Assembly (NCBI GenBank): GCA_963692945.1
Contig: OY843585.1
Coordinates: 330,001-362,000 of the forward strand
Direction: 5' to 3'
DNA: 32,000 bases
DNA from: Bdellovibrionales bacterium
Lineage (GTDB): Bacteria; Bdellovibrionota; Bdellovibrionia; Bdellovibrionales; UBA1609
Positions 7,341 through 14,316 of this stretch are shown here, piece by piece; positions within the stretch are counted from its first letter, which is position 1; each line of letters begins with the position of its first letter. A program made the translations under genes and the position numbers. Below the pieces are notes generated by a model. It did not search any database. It saw nothing but the letters and a program-made list of their open reading frames with translations, and had not been told where the DNA came from.

Positions 7341-7382
7341 CTTACTTCTTACTTCTTACTTCTTTCTTCTTACTTCTTTCTT
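7341..7382. repeat. Six tandem heptamers (CTTACTT/CTTTCTT) 23-64 nt upstream of the protein A start codon
   Basis: Direct read: cttactt x3 (7341-7361), ctttctt, cttactt, ctttctt. Confidence 0.9.
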
Positions 7383-7511
7383 ATTTCCCTATAAAACTTA
7401 TCGGAAATATAAGATTTATAAAAAAGTCGTTCTTTTATTTTAAGAGAAAAATCTTTTTCAGCCTAAATTTTTCATTTTTTTAGCTAAAAAGTGTCTCATT
7501 TTAATACATTT

Positions 7512-7816
7512 TAACAAAACTCTCGTTCAAAAAAGTATTTTCTACTCTTATTTTAACGAGCTTTTCATCACAAGAGGGGACACTCTTTTACAAAACTCTA
7601 GTGTTACCTTTCTTATTTTCTGACCTTTCATCGTAAAAGGGGACACTCTTCAAGCTCAAAAAGTAAAAAAGGTATTCCTAGAGAAAAACTTCTGTTTTTC
7701 GCACTTTTGTTTTTCGCATCACCGGTTTTCTGAGTTTTCATCGTAAGAGGGACACTCTTCAAATCTCGTTAAACTAAGAGTTACTTAATAGGCTTATATT
7801 TGAACTAGAGTTTTGT
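7512..7816. repeat. Cluster R1 of modular hairpin (MITE/REP-like) elements, three cores
   Basis: Termini are TAACAAAACTCTCGTTC (7512-) and TGAACTAGAGTTTTG (-7815), with an internal CAAAACTCTAG at 7591. Core copies TTTCATC(G/A)(T/C)AA.AGGG(G)ACACTCTT at 7563-7589, 7626-7653 and 7736-7762. Also holds the GGTATTCCTAGAGAAAAACTTCTGTTTTTCGCA module seen in R4 and R5. Confidence 0.85.
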
Positions 7817-7922
7817 AAAAACGACAGTATCCGAATTTACAAATAAAAAATGAAAAAAAGCCCTGCTTCTTGATAGTTTATTCATACTCTCTTTTTGCTT
7901 TATATAGATATTGAGAAAAACA

Positions 7923-8966
7923 ATGTCTAAAAAAGCTAAGCAAGTTTTAAATCTTAAAAATCAAACCTTAGAATTTAAAAAAGGAATTCATAAGAAAAAC
8001 ACAGCTTTTAGTCATGATAAGTTTTTTAAACTCTTCTATTCTAATCCTGACTTAGCTACAGAACTCTTTGAACTCATCTTTTCAAAAAAAGAAATGAAAG
8101 CTTATGATTGGAAAAAACTAAAAATAGAAAAAGATAGTTTTGAAGATAAAAGAGCTGATCTTATTTTCTCTGTTCCTTTTAAAAAAATTCCTAAAATGAA
8201 ACTCACCCTCTTTATTCTTCTAGAACATAAGTCCTATTATGATAAAAACCTCTTCCATCAACTTTTAGATTATCAAGTGTTAATTCACCGACATAATAAA
8301 GACCATCTTGGTTATTTACAACCTATAATTCCTGTTTTGTTTTATCATGGGAAACAAACTATGAAGTGGAAATCTTCTTTTTTAGAAGAGAATTTTAGAG
8401 ATTCTCTTTTTAAAATTCCTTTAGAAACAAGAAAAAACATGTTAAACTACAAGTTGAAAGTAATAGATGTGAATGCTCCAAGAGTCCAAAGAGCTGGTAA
8501 GGATAAAAGGTTTAAGGGGCGAGGGGCGTTGAGTTTATTGAGGGAAATATGGAGTTTAAAGAACCCAACAGATTCTAAGTTGCGTGAGATTGTTTTAGAT
8601 TTTAAGGAGTTGTTTAAAAGTATAGAAGGTCAACGAAAAGCGGATGTTTTGTTAGGAATTACTGAGTATCTGAAACAGAACACGGGGTTGAGTGCAAAGA
8701 ATTGGAAGAAGATTGAGGATTTGATGGTAAAAGAGGGATTTTTAAAAAGAGGAGGAACTATGATAAATATGAGAAAGATTATAAGAGAACGAGCTCTGGA
8801 AGAAGGACTGGAAGAAGGACAACGAAAAGGACGACAAGAGGGGCGACAAGAGTTTAAAAAAGTTATTTTGAATATGTTGAAGAAAAAACTTGATATCTCT
8901 TTGATTTCGGAAGTGACAGGTTTGTCTAAAGCAGAGATTAAAAAACTAAAAAACAGTCATAAGTGA
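7923..8966 (+). CDS. Rpn/YhgA-like recombination-promoting nuclease (PD-(D/E)XK, 'transposase_31' family), full-length form
   Basis: N-terminal HDKFFKLFYSNPDLATELFELIF, then RADLIFSV...LTLFILLEHKSYYDKNLFHQLLDY (a D...E-x-K nuclease motif in the YhgA-like arrangement), and a C-terminal VILNMLKKKLDISLISEVTGLSKAEIKKL helix-turn-helix-like tail. The ORF track starts at TTG 7911; the first ATG is at 7923. Confidence 0.8.
   Translation: MSKKAKQVLNLKNQTLEFKKGIHKKNTAFSHDKFFKLFYSNPDLATELFELIFSKKEMKAYDWKKLKIEKDSFEDKRADLIFSVPFKKIPKMKLTLFILLEHKSYYDKNLFHQLLDYQVLIHRHNKDHLGYLQPIIPVLFYHGKQTMKWKSSFLEENFRDSLFKIPLETRKNMLNYKLKVIDVNAPRVQRAGKDKRFKGRGALSLLREIWSLKNPTDSKLREIVLDFKELFKSIEGQRKADVLLGITEYLKQNTGLSAKNWKKIEDLMVKEGFLKRGGTMINMRKIIRERALEEGLEEGQRKGRQEGRQEFKKVILNMLKKKLDISLISEVTGLSKAEIKKLKNSHK
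8749..8762 (+). promoter_or_regulatory. Internal ribosome-binding site plus in-frame ATG inside the rpn-like gene
   Basis: AGAGGAGGAACT-ATG, with GGAGG at 8751-8755 and the ATG at 8760 in frame (residue 284). A second in-frame ATG lies at 8769. The same SD+ATG block heads the two downstream cassettes. Confidence 0.6.
8760..8966 (+). CDS. Candidate internally initiated C-terminal small protein (RpnS-like, 68 aa) nested in the rpn-like gene
   Basis: In-frame ATG with a strong SD. The product is MINMRKIIRERA + 19-aa linker (LEEGLEEGQRKGRQEGRQE) + conserved tail. The same architecture occurs as separate genes at 9013 and 9327. Confidence 0.5.
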   Translation: MINMRKIIRERALEEGLEEGQRKGRQEGRQEFKKVILNMLKKKLDISLISEVTGLSKAEIKKLKNSHK

Positions 8967-9012
8967 TTTTTTAAATGTCTTTAAAGAGGGGCTTTTAAAA
9001 AGAGGAGGAACT

Positions 9013-9261
9013 ATGATAAATATGAGAGAGATTGTAAGAGAACGAGCTCGGGAAGAAGGACGACAGGAAGAACGAAAAAAATGGTTTAAAAACGGACAAA
9101 CTAGGGGACGACAAGAAGGGTTTAAAAAAGGACGACGAGAGGGACGACGAGAAAAACGACAAGAGTTTAAAGAAGTTATTTTGAATATGTTGAAGAAAAA
9201 ACTTGATATCTCTTTGATTTCGGAAGTGACAGGTTTGTCTAAAGCAGAGATTAAAAAATAG
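9013..9261 (+). CDS. Free-standing RpnS-like C-terminal cassette, copy 2 (82 aa)
   Basis: Same AAAAGAGGAGGAACTATGATAAATATGAGA head as at 8745-8774. The 39-aa linker has 4-residue periodicity (REEG RQEE RKKW FKNG QTRG RQEG FKKG RREG RREK RQE). The 84-nt tail (9175-9258) is identical to 8862-8945. Confidence 0.6.
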   Translation: MINMREIVRERAREEGRQEERKKWFKNGQTRGRQEGFKKGRREGRREKRQEFKEVILNMLKKKLDISLISEVTGLSKAEIKK

Positions 9262-9326
9262 TCATAAGTGATTTTTTAAATGTCTTCAAAGAGGGATTTT
9301 TAAAAAGAGGAGGAACTATAATAAAT

Positions 9327-9662
9327 ATGAAAAAGATTATAAAAGAACAAGCTATGGATAAAGAGTTTCAAGAAACTCTTAAAAAAGGGTTTCAAACTTG
9401 GATAAAAGAGCGTCAAAAAGGGTTTGAAGAAGCACAACGAGAATGGTTTCCAGAAGAGTCTGAAAAAGGGTTTAAAAAAGGGTTTAAAAAAGGACGACAA
9501 GAAGGACAACAAAAAGGACGACAAGAAGGACAACAAAAGTTTCAAAAAGTTATTTTGAATATGTTGAAGAAAAAACTTGATATCTCTTTGATTTCGGAAG
9601 TGACAGGTTTGTCTAAAGCAGAGATTAAAAAACTAAAAAATAGTCATAGAACAAAACTCTAA
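9327..9662 (+). CDS. Free-standing RpnS-like C-terminal cassette, copy 3 (111 aa)
   Basis: Same head, but the first ATG is mutated to ATA, so the start is the second ATG. 62-aa linker and an identical 84-nt tail (9549-9632). The last codons ACA AAA CTC TAA lie in the terminus of repeat cluster R2. Confidence 0.6.
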   Translation: MKKIIKEQAMDKEFQETLKKGFQTWIKERQKGFEEAQREWFPEESEKGFKKGFKKGRQEGQQKGRQEGQQKFQKVILNMLKKKLDISLISEVTGLSKAEIKKLKNSHRTKL

Positions 9663-9742
9663 TTTTACTTTTTGAGCTTGAAGAGTGTCCCCTTTTACGA
9701 TGAAAAGCTCGTTAAAGTAAAAGTTCACACACGAGAGTTTTG
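9651..9742. repeat. Cluster R2: single hairpin element
   Basis: ACAAAACTCTAA...TTTTACTTTTTGAGC-[TTGAAGAGTGTCCCCTTTTACGATGAAA, 9678-9705]-GCTCGTTAAAGTAAAAGTTCACACACGAGAGTTTTG. The arms are self-complementary. Confidence 0.85.
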
Positions 9743-9783
9743 AAAAAGTTGACTTTTTCAAGAAAATTTTGCATTTTAACTTA

Positions 9784-10485
9784 ATGCCTATTGTTCTTAT
9801 TTTTCTTTGTTTTTTTTGTATGTTTGGCTGTGTGAATGCTGAAAAAACACAAGCTAGATTTACAGCAAAAAAATATTATGAGATATCTCTCCAATATAAA
9901 AAAGAAGGAAAGTTATCTAAAGCTCTTAAAACTTTAGAAGAACTTAAAAAACATTTTTCCTATGATTCTTACAGCTTGTCAGCCTCTTTACTTATAGCAG
10001 ATATTCATTTTGAAAGAAGAGACTATGTTCTTGCAGCTGGTCTCTACACACAATTTCAAAAAATTTATCCAAAAACGAAAAGTCAATATGTTCACTATCA
10101 GCTAGGACGTTCTTATTTTTATCAACTTCCTAAGTCTGCTGATAAAGATTTATCTGTAGGAGAGTTGGCTTTACAAAACTTTCAACCTCTTTTACGAAAA
10201 TCCTCTCCTTACAAAAAAGAAGCTAAAAAATATGTGAAAAAAATTCAGACTCTAAAATCTAAAAAAGATTTTCTAGCGGCTCTTTTTTATTCAAAGAAAA
10301 AATGGAATCCATCGGCTTGGAAGCGATTGCAAATTCTTATAAAAGAGTATCCTGAAAGTCCTTTTGTCCCAGAGGCTCTTTTGCTTAGCTATAAACTGGC
10401 TAAAAAAATGAATAAAAATCCTAGCTCTTTTAAAAACCGTTTACTCAAAGAATTTCCAAAATCTGAACAAGCAAAATCCTTATGA
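9784..10485 (+). CDS. bamD: Outer membrane protein assembly factor BamD-like TPR lipoprotein
   Basis: Signal peptide with lipobox (CMFGC). The TPR-like pattern and the ...YPKTKSQYVHYQLGRSYFYQ..., ...SSPYKKEAKKYVKKI..., ...EYPESPFVPEALLL... segments match the BamD/ComL layout. The ORF track starts at TTG 9769; the first ATG is at 9784. Confidence 0.65.
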   Translation: MPIVLIFLCFFCMFGCVNAEKTQARFTAKKYYEISLQYKKEGKLSKALKTLEELKKHFSYDSYSLSASLLIADIHFERRDYVLAAGLYTQFQKIYPKTKSQYVHYQLGRSYFYQLPKSADKDLSVGELALQNFQPLLRKSSPYKKEAKKYVKKIQTLKSKKDFLAALFYSKKKWNPSAWKRLQILIKEYPESPFVPEALLLSYKLAKKMNKNPSSFKNRLLKEFPKSEQAKSL

Positions 10486-10991
10486 AATCATCAACTGTTT
10501 TTTTAGCAGAGAAAGAGATTCAAAAGTTAGTTAAGGGCTTAGCTAAAGAAATCAATCATGAATATAAAGATATAAAAGAAGCCCTTGTTTTGATTTGTCC
10601 TCTTAAAGGGTCTTTGTTTTTTTTGGCTGACCTCATTCGCCATTTAGAAATACCTGTTGTTTTAGATTTTATTTCTATAGAGACAAGGCAAAAAGGAAAC
10701 TTTCATATTTTAAAAGACATAAAAGTTCCTATTAAAAATAAAAATGTTCTTATTATTAAGGAGATTTTAAATGCAGGGAGAAAATTACTTTTTCTCAAAA
10801 AAAGAATTGAAGCGAGTTCTCCTCAAAGTGTGAAAATAGCAACTCTTATTGATAAACCTTCTCAAAGACAGTTGAATTTACAATCTGATTTTTTTGGACT
10901 TTCTACAGATGATCGTTACATTTTTGGTTATGGCTTAGACCATGAAGAAAAATATAGAAATCTTAGAAGTTTTCATCTTTTCACTCAATAA
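10482..10991 (+). CDS. hpt: Hypoxanthine phosphoribosyltransferase family protein with an atypical PRPP-binding motif
   Basis: LKGSLFFLADLIR, ILKDIKVPIKNKNVLII, IATLIDKPSQRQ and YIFGYGLDHEEKYRNL align with HPRT. The motif normally read as VLIVEDI(I/V)D(S/T)G is VLIIKEILNAG here. The start overlaps the bamD stop (ATGA). Confidence 0.75.
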   Translation: MKSSTVFLAEKEIQKLVKGLAKEINHEYKDIKEALVLICPLKGSLFFLADLIRHLEIPVVLDFISIETRQKGNFHILKDIKVPIKNKNVLIIKEILNAGRKLLFLKKRIEASSPQSVKIATLIDKPSQRQLNLQSDFFGLSTDDRYIFGYGLDHEEKYRNLRSFHLFTQ

Positions 10992-11088
10992 CAAAACTCT
11001 AGTTCTTCCTTTTTATTTTTAATATTTCTTTATAAAACGAGTATAGTTTTTGTATATAGTTTATGGTAAACTAAAAGAAGGAGAAATA

Positions 11089-11826
11089 ATGAGTAATAAA
11101 TCTACTGTTTTGGAGGCTAAAGCTTATTTTGCAGAAATTCGGAAACTCTTCAAAGAACGAAAAGAGTGCGATAAAGAAATGGCAGAGGAGCGAAGAAAAG
11201 AACGAGAAGAGCGAAAAAAAGAACGAAAAGAGTACGATAAAAAAATGGCAGAAGAGCGAAGAAAAGAACTAGAAAAAGAGCGAGAAGAGTACGATGAAAA
11301 AGCAGCAGAAGATATTAAAGAACTCCGAGCTAGCCAAAAAGCAACTGCCAAACAAATAAAAGAGACGGATCTAAAATTCAATGATTACTGGGATAATTGG
11401 GATAATTGGGATAACTGGGATAACTTGATGGAATCTTTATATAAACGAGATTTAGTGAAACTTCTAAAACAAAAAGGTATCAAAGTTGATCTGACTGCAA
11501 CAAATATAGTGAAAAAACATGGGGAACCACAATTTGAATTTGATATTTTAGCTTCCAATGGGGAGGAGCTCGTTGTTGTAGAAGTGACAACAACTTTGTA
11601 TATTAAAGAGTTGAATTATTTCATTAAGAAATTAAATAGAGTTACGGATTTTATGCCAGAATTTAAAGGTAAGAAAGTTTATGGAGCCGTTGCGTATTTA
11701 AAAGCCAATAAATCTTCTGACAAAAGAGCTGAGAAAGAGGGTTTGTTTGTGATAAGAGCGACAGAAAGCAGTTCCAATATTGTTAATAAGCAGGATTTTA
11801 AACCCAAATCTTTTTCAAAACTCTAG
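11089..11826 (+). CDS. DUF3782-like protein: N-terminal coiled coil + C-terminal PD-(D/E)XK-type domain, copy 1
   Basis: AAGGAG lies 6 nt before the ATG at 11089 (the ORF track's TTG 11050 extension is unlikely). FEFDILASNGEELVVVEVTTTL is a D...E-V-(K/T) motif, read as EVK in copy 2. The layout (coiled coil, then the short nuclease-like domain, ...KVYGAVAYL...GLFVI) matches DUF3782-type proteins as I remember them. The last codons TCA AAA CTC TAG lie in the element terminus. Confidence 0.55.
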   Translation: MSNKSTVLEAKAYFAEIRKLFKERKECDKEMAEERRKEREERKKERKEYDKKMAEERRKELEKEREEYDEKAAEDIKELRASQKATAKQIKETDLKFNDYWDNWDNWDNWDNLMESLYKRDLVKLLKQKGIKVDLTATNIVKKHGEPQFEFDILASNGEELVVVEVTTTLYIKELNYFIKKLNRVTDFMPEFKGKKVYGAVAYLKANKSSDKRAEKEGLFVIRATESSSNIVNKQDFKPKSFSKL

Positions 11827-12093
11827 TTCAGTTCTACTAATACCCTTTTCTTTTTAGGAGATTTTCGTCGTAGGAGCTCCTCAAACACCTAAAAAGAAAA
11901 GGGCTCTTACTTATTGTTTGAACTAGAGAAAACCTACTGGTTTTCGCATTTTACTTATAATAAATTTGCGAAAAACATCAGTGCGAAAAACGAAGGTTTT
12001 CTCTAGGAATACCTTTCTTATTTTCTGAACTTGAAGAGTGTCCCTCTTACGATGAAAGGTCAGAAAATAAGAAAGGGTAACACGAGAGTTTTG
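11816..12093. repeat. Cluster R4 of modular hairpin elements, two cores
   Basis: Unit 11816-11928 runs CAAAACTCTAGTTCA...CCCTTTTCTTTTTAGGAG-[core variant 11863-11885]-CCTAAAAAGAAAAGGG...TGAACTAGAG. Unit 12001-12093 runs CTCTAGGAATACCTTTCTTATTTTCTGA-[core 12031-12057]-TCAGAAAATAAGAAAGGGTAACACGAGAGTTTTG. Between them lies a GTTTTCGCA...TGCGAAAAC hairpin and the CGAAAAAC module. Confidence 0.85.
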
Positions 12094-13152
12094 TTAAATA
12101 TTGTCTGTCACATGTTGATAAACAGTCATTATAGTAACCTTAAGAGCACTCACTAAAGGAATGCTAATAATCATTCCTAAAACACCCATAAACTGAGCTC
12201 CTGCAATAATAATCACAATCACAGTTAAAGGGTGAAGATCTACAATGCGAGCAAGAAGAATAGGAACTAAAACTATGGAATCAATAAATTGAGTGAAATA
12301 AAAAATACCTAACACAATAAGAATCTGGCTGGCTTCATAATCATTCACAAGAGCCACTAGAAAAATAACAATACTAGCGACAATGGGACCTACATAAGGA
12401 ACAAGATTAGCTAAAGCCGCAAAACCTGCAAGCAAAATAGCAAAAGGGAATTTGAAAAAAAACAAAGTGACTCCCACAATGATTCCTACAATAAGAGCTT
12501 CCAATAGACGACCTCTGATAAAGACACCAATTTGTTGATTGATTTTATAATGCAGACCTAGAAACATTTCAAAAAGCTGATTGGGAACAAGAGGGTATAA
12601 ATACCTTGTCAGCCCCCACTCATTTCTGACCATAAAAAAAGCAAAGAAAGGAGCTAGAAGTAAAATGGTAAAAGATTGGGCTAAAGTTGAAGGAAGGTCT
12701 TGTAAAAAAGCAGTTCCTAAAGATTGTAAAAAACTTTCTAAATTAGAAGACAAATCAAAACTTCTCATAAAAAACAAATGAGTTTCTAAACCCTCTTGCC
12801 AAGTTTTTATAAGGACAGTTGTTTTTTGAACATAATTTGGAAACTCCGTTTTTAAATTTAAGAATTGTTGAGATAAAAAGGGAAACATCCAGGCAATCAA
12901 ACCGGAAAGAGCCCCTATCGTGCTAACAAAAACAATGGATGCCGATAAAAGTCTTGGCAATCCCCACTTACAAAGAAGATTCACAAGGGGCAAAAGAATA
13001 AAACTTATCACAAAAGCAAGAAGTAAAGTTATAAAAAGCCCTTTGATAATGAAAAGAGCCGAGAGGAGAAAACTAAAAATAAGTAAGAAAAAAGAGATTC
13101 TAAAAAAATTTAACCGACGGATTCGTTTTTTTGTATCTAATAAAGGAATCAT
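12094..13152 (-). CDS. AI-2E family transporter (PerM/YhhT-like permease)
   Basis: Multi-pass membrane protein of ~350 aa with the characteristic ...LANLVPYVGPIVASIVIFLVAL... segment. Its stop codon directly abuts the R4 terminus. Confidence 0.75.
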   Translation of the reverse strand: MIPLLDTKKRIRRLNFFRISFFLLIFSFLLSALFIIKGLFITLLLAFVISFILLPLVNLLCKWGLPRLLSASIVFVSTIGALSGLIAWMFPFLSQQFLNLKTEFPNYVQKTTVLIKTWQEGLETHLFFMRSFDLSSNLESFLQSLGTAFLQDLPSTLAQSFTILLLAPFFAFFMVRNEWGLTRYLYPLVPNQLFEMFLGLHYKINQQIGVFIRGRLLEALIVGIIVGVTLFFFKFPFAILLAGFAALANLVPYVGPIVASIVIFLVALVNDYEASQILIVLGIFYFTQFIDSIVLVPILLARIVDLHPLTVIVIIIAGAQFMGVLGMIISIPLVSALKVTIMTVYQHVTDNI

Positions 13153-13652
13153 TTTGTGGAATGCACCTGAAGTATTTTTTGCTCTGCTTTTTTCAACCTA
13201 TGACTTAAAATAAGACAAAGTTGGTTTAAAATTTTTATACCCGTTAAAGGTCGTCTCTTTAAAATGAGATTCAAATCAGGTTTATAAAAAGCTAAAAGTT
13301 GAGAGTTTGTAGCGGATTGTGCAAACATGGTTTGATAAGCTTCATTTTGTAAGAGAGCAAGTTCTGCAAAAAAATCTCCCACCTTCAAGGAGGAAACAAG
13401 GGAGGGGTCTTCTTGGGAATCAGGTGATCCATGAAGAATATTCACTTGTCCTTTTAAAATAATATACATTCCATTTCCAGAAGAGGGTTTAAAAATAATT
13501 TCTCCTGTCGTATAAATTCTTTTATGAAAAATCTTTTGTATAAAGTGGAGTTCTTTATTGGTTAGATTAGAAAAGAGAGGGCAATCTTTAATGTATTTTA
13601 ATTCCCCATGCTTTTTTTTATTAAAAAAATTATTCCAAAAGATTTCTAACAT
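13149..13652 (-). CDS. Cyclic-nucleotide-binding domain protein (stand-alone CAP effector-type domain)
   Basis: FSNLTNKELHFIQKIFHKRIYTTGEIIFKPSSGNGMYIILKGQVNI...VGDFFAELALL... is the cNMP-binding fold signature, and no DNA-binding HTH follows. The preferred start is the ATG at 13652 (GGAG 5 nt upstream, 2 nt after the upstream stop) rather than 13694. Its stop overlaps the transporter start (ATGA). Confidence 0.7.
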   Translation of the reverse strand: MLEIFWNNFFNKKKHGELKYIKDCPLFSNLTNKELHFIQKIFHKRIYTTGEIIFKPSSGNGMYIILKGQVNILHGSPDSQEDPSLVSSLKVGDFFAELALLQNEAYQTMFAQSATNSQLLAFYKPDLNLILKRRPLTGIKILNQLCLILSHRLKKAEQKILQVHSTK

Positions 13653-13654
13653 TT

Positions 13655-14293
13655 TTACTCCAAAGTTTGAATAAGGTTTTCTTTTAAAAGCCAACCTTTT
13701 TTATGTTGAGAGGTTTTAACTTGTCCCCACTTACCCCGTTGTTTTAAAAAAACCAAATCAGATCCTTTTCTAATCGTTTCTACAGAAAGAGCTTTCTCAA
13801 AAGGAGAGTTTAAAAGTTCTAGCTCCTTTAAATTAGAAACTCTTTTTTTAAGGTTAAAAAAACCACTTAAAAAGACAATCGTCAAGCCACAAAACCAGAG
13901 AGCGATCATTTTAAAGTTTCTTTTAAAAAGGAAAGCTTGTTTTAGGGAAAAAACCAGACAAATTAAGGATAAAAGGGCAAAAAGCAAGCTTCCTATTTGC
14001 CAGATAAAAGGGGCTAAAGAGACCTCCTCTTTTAAAGTTTTTAAAGTCAGATAGGAAGGGAAGAAAAGAGATTGATAAAAATTTTTCCGAAATAAAATGA
14101 CGGCAGAAGTTTTATCTTCTGATTTAAGCTTTTGTAAAGCTTTATTGTGTAAGTCAACAGGGGATAAGGGTGGTTGATTTTCAAAAAGAGATTCCAAATC
14201 AGCGGATTTAGAGTCAGAGAAACCCGAAGCAGAAAGTCCATTAGAAAAACCGAAAGACAAATAGATATAAAAAAACATTCTCAAAAGAAGCAT
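13655..14293 (-). CDS. Hypothetical membrane protein with signal peptide, two or three TM segments and an SH3b-like C-terminus
   Basis: N-terminal MLLLRMFFYIYLSFGFSNGLSA, hydrophobic stretches (IWQIGSLLFALLSLICLVF, MIALWFCGLTIVFLSGFF), and a C-terminal GKWGQVKTSQHKKGWLLKENL that resembles bacterial SH3 motifs. Confidence 0.5.
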   Translation of the reverse strand: MLLLRMFFYIYLSFGFSNGLSASGFSDSKSADLESLFENQPPLSPVDLHNKALQKLKSEDKTSAVILFRKNFYQSLFFPSYLTLKTLKEEVSLAPFIWQIGSLLFALLSLICLVFSLKQAFLFKRNFKMIALWFCGLTIVFLSGFFNLKKRVSNLKELELLNSPFEKALSVETIRKGSDLVFLKQRGKWGQVKTSQHKKGWLLKENLIQTLE

Positions 14294-14316
14294 ACTTGGA
14301 CTATAATAGGATAATT

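Noticed and set aside
7560-7765. Possible degenerate CRISPR array: three same-orientation ~27-nt repeats in the 7.5-7.8 kb intergenic region
   Set aside because: The spacing is irregular (about 63 and 110 nt start to start). The supposed spacers are themselves repeated elsewhere in the window. The repeat occurs in both orientations at other loci and is flanked by complementary arms. No cas genes are present. It fits a MITE/REP-like mosaic better.
7923-8966. Rpn-like gene as the transposase of an IS element (the family is often labelled 'transposase_31')
   Set aside because: No terminal inverted repeats or target-site duplication specific to this gene are visible. The family is better understood as PD-(D/E)XK nucleases. 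The flanking repeats belong to the dispersed hairpin family and are not ends of a discrete IS.
11050-11088. N-terminal extensions from TTG/alternative starts in the ORF track (11050, 17044, 15681, 24837, 13694, 21040, 9769, 7911, 14296)
   Set aside because: In most of these cases (11089, 17095, 15711, 24816, 13652, 21085) a downstream ATG has a better-placed SD. In some the downstream ATG also begins the signal peptide or conserved N-terminus, or removes an implausible overlap with the upstream gene. For 9784, 7923 and 14317 I saw no clear SD and chose the first ATG, so those starts are uncertain. Coordinates were adjusted and the alternatives noted.
14294-14316. Only ~23 nt between the divergent starts of the membrane protein (14293) and the aminotransferase (14317), leaving no room for promoters
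   Set aside because: Promoters can lie inside the neighbouring coding regions, and start-codon choice for both genes is uncertain. Nothing further can be supported from sequence alone.
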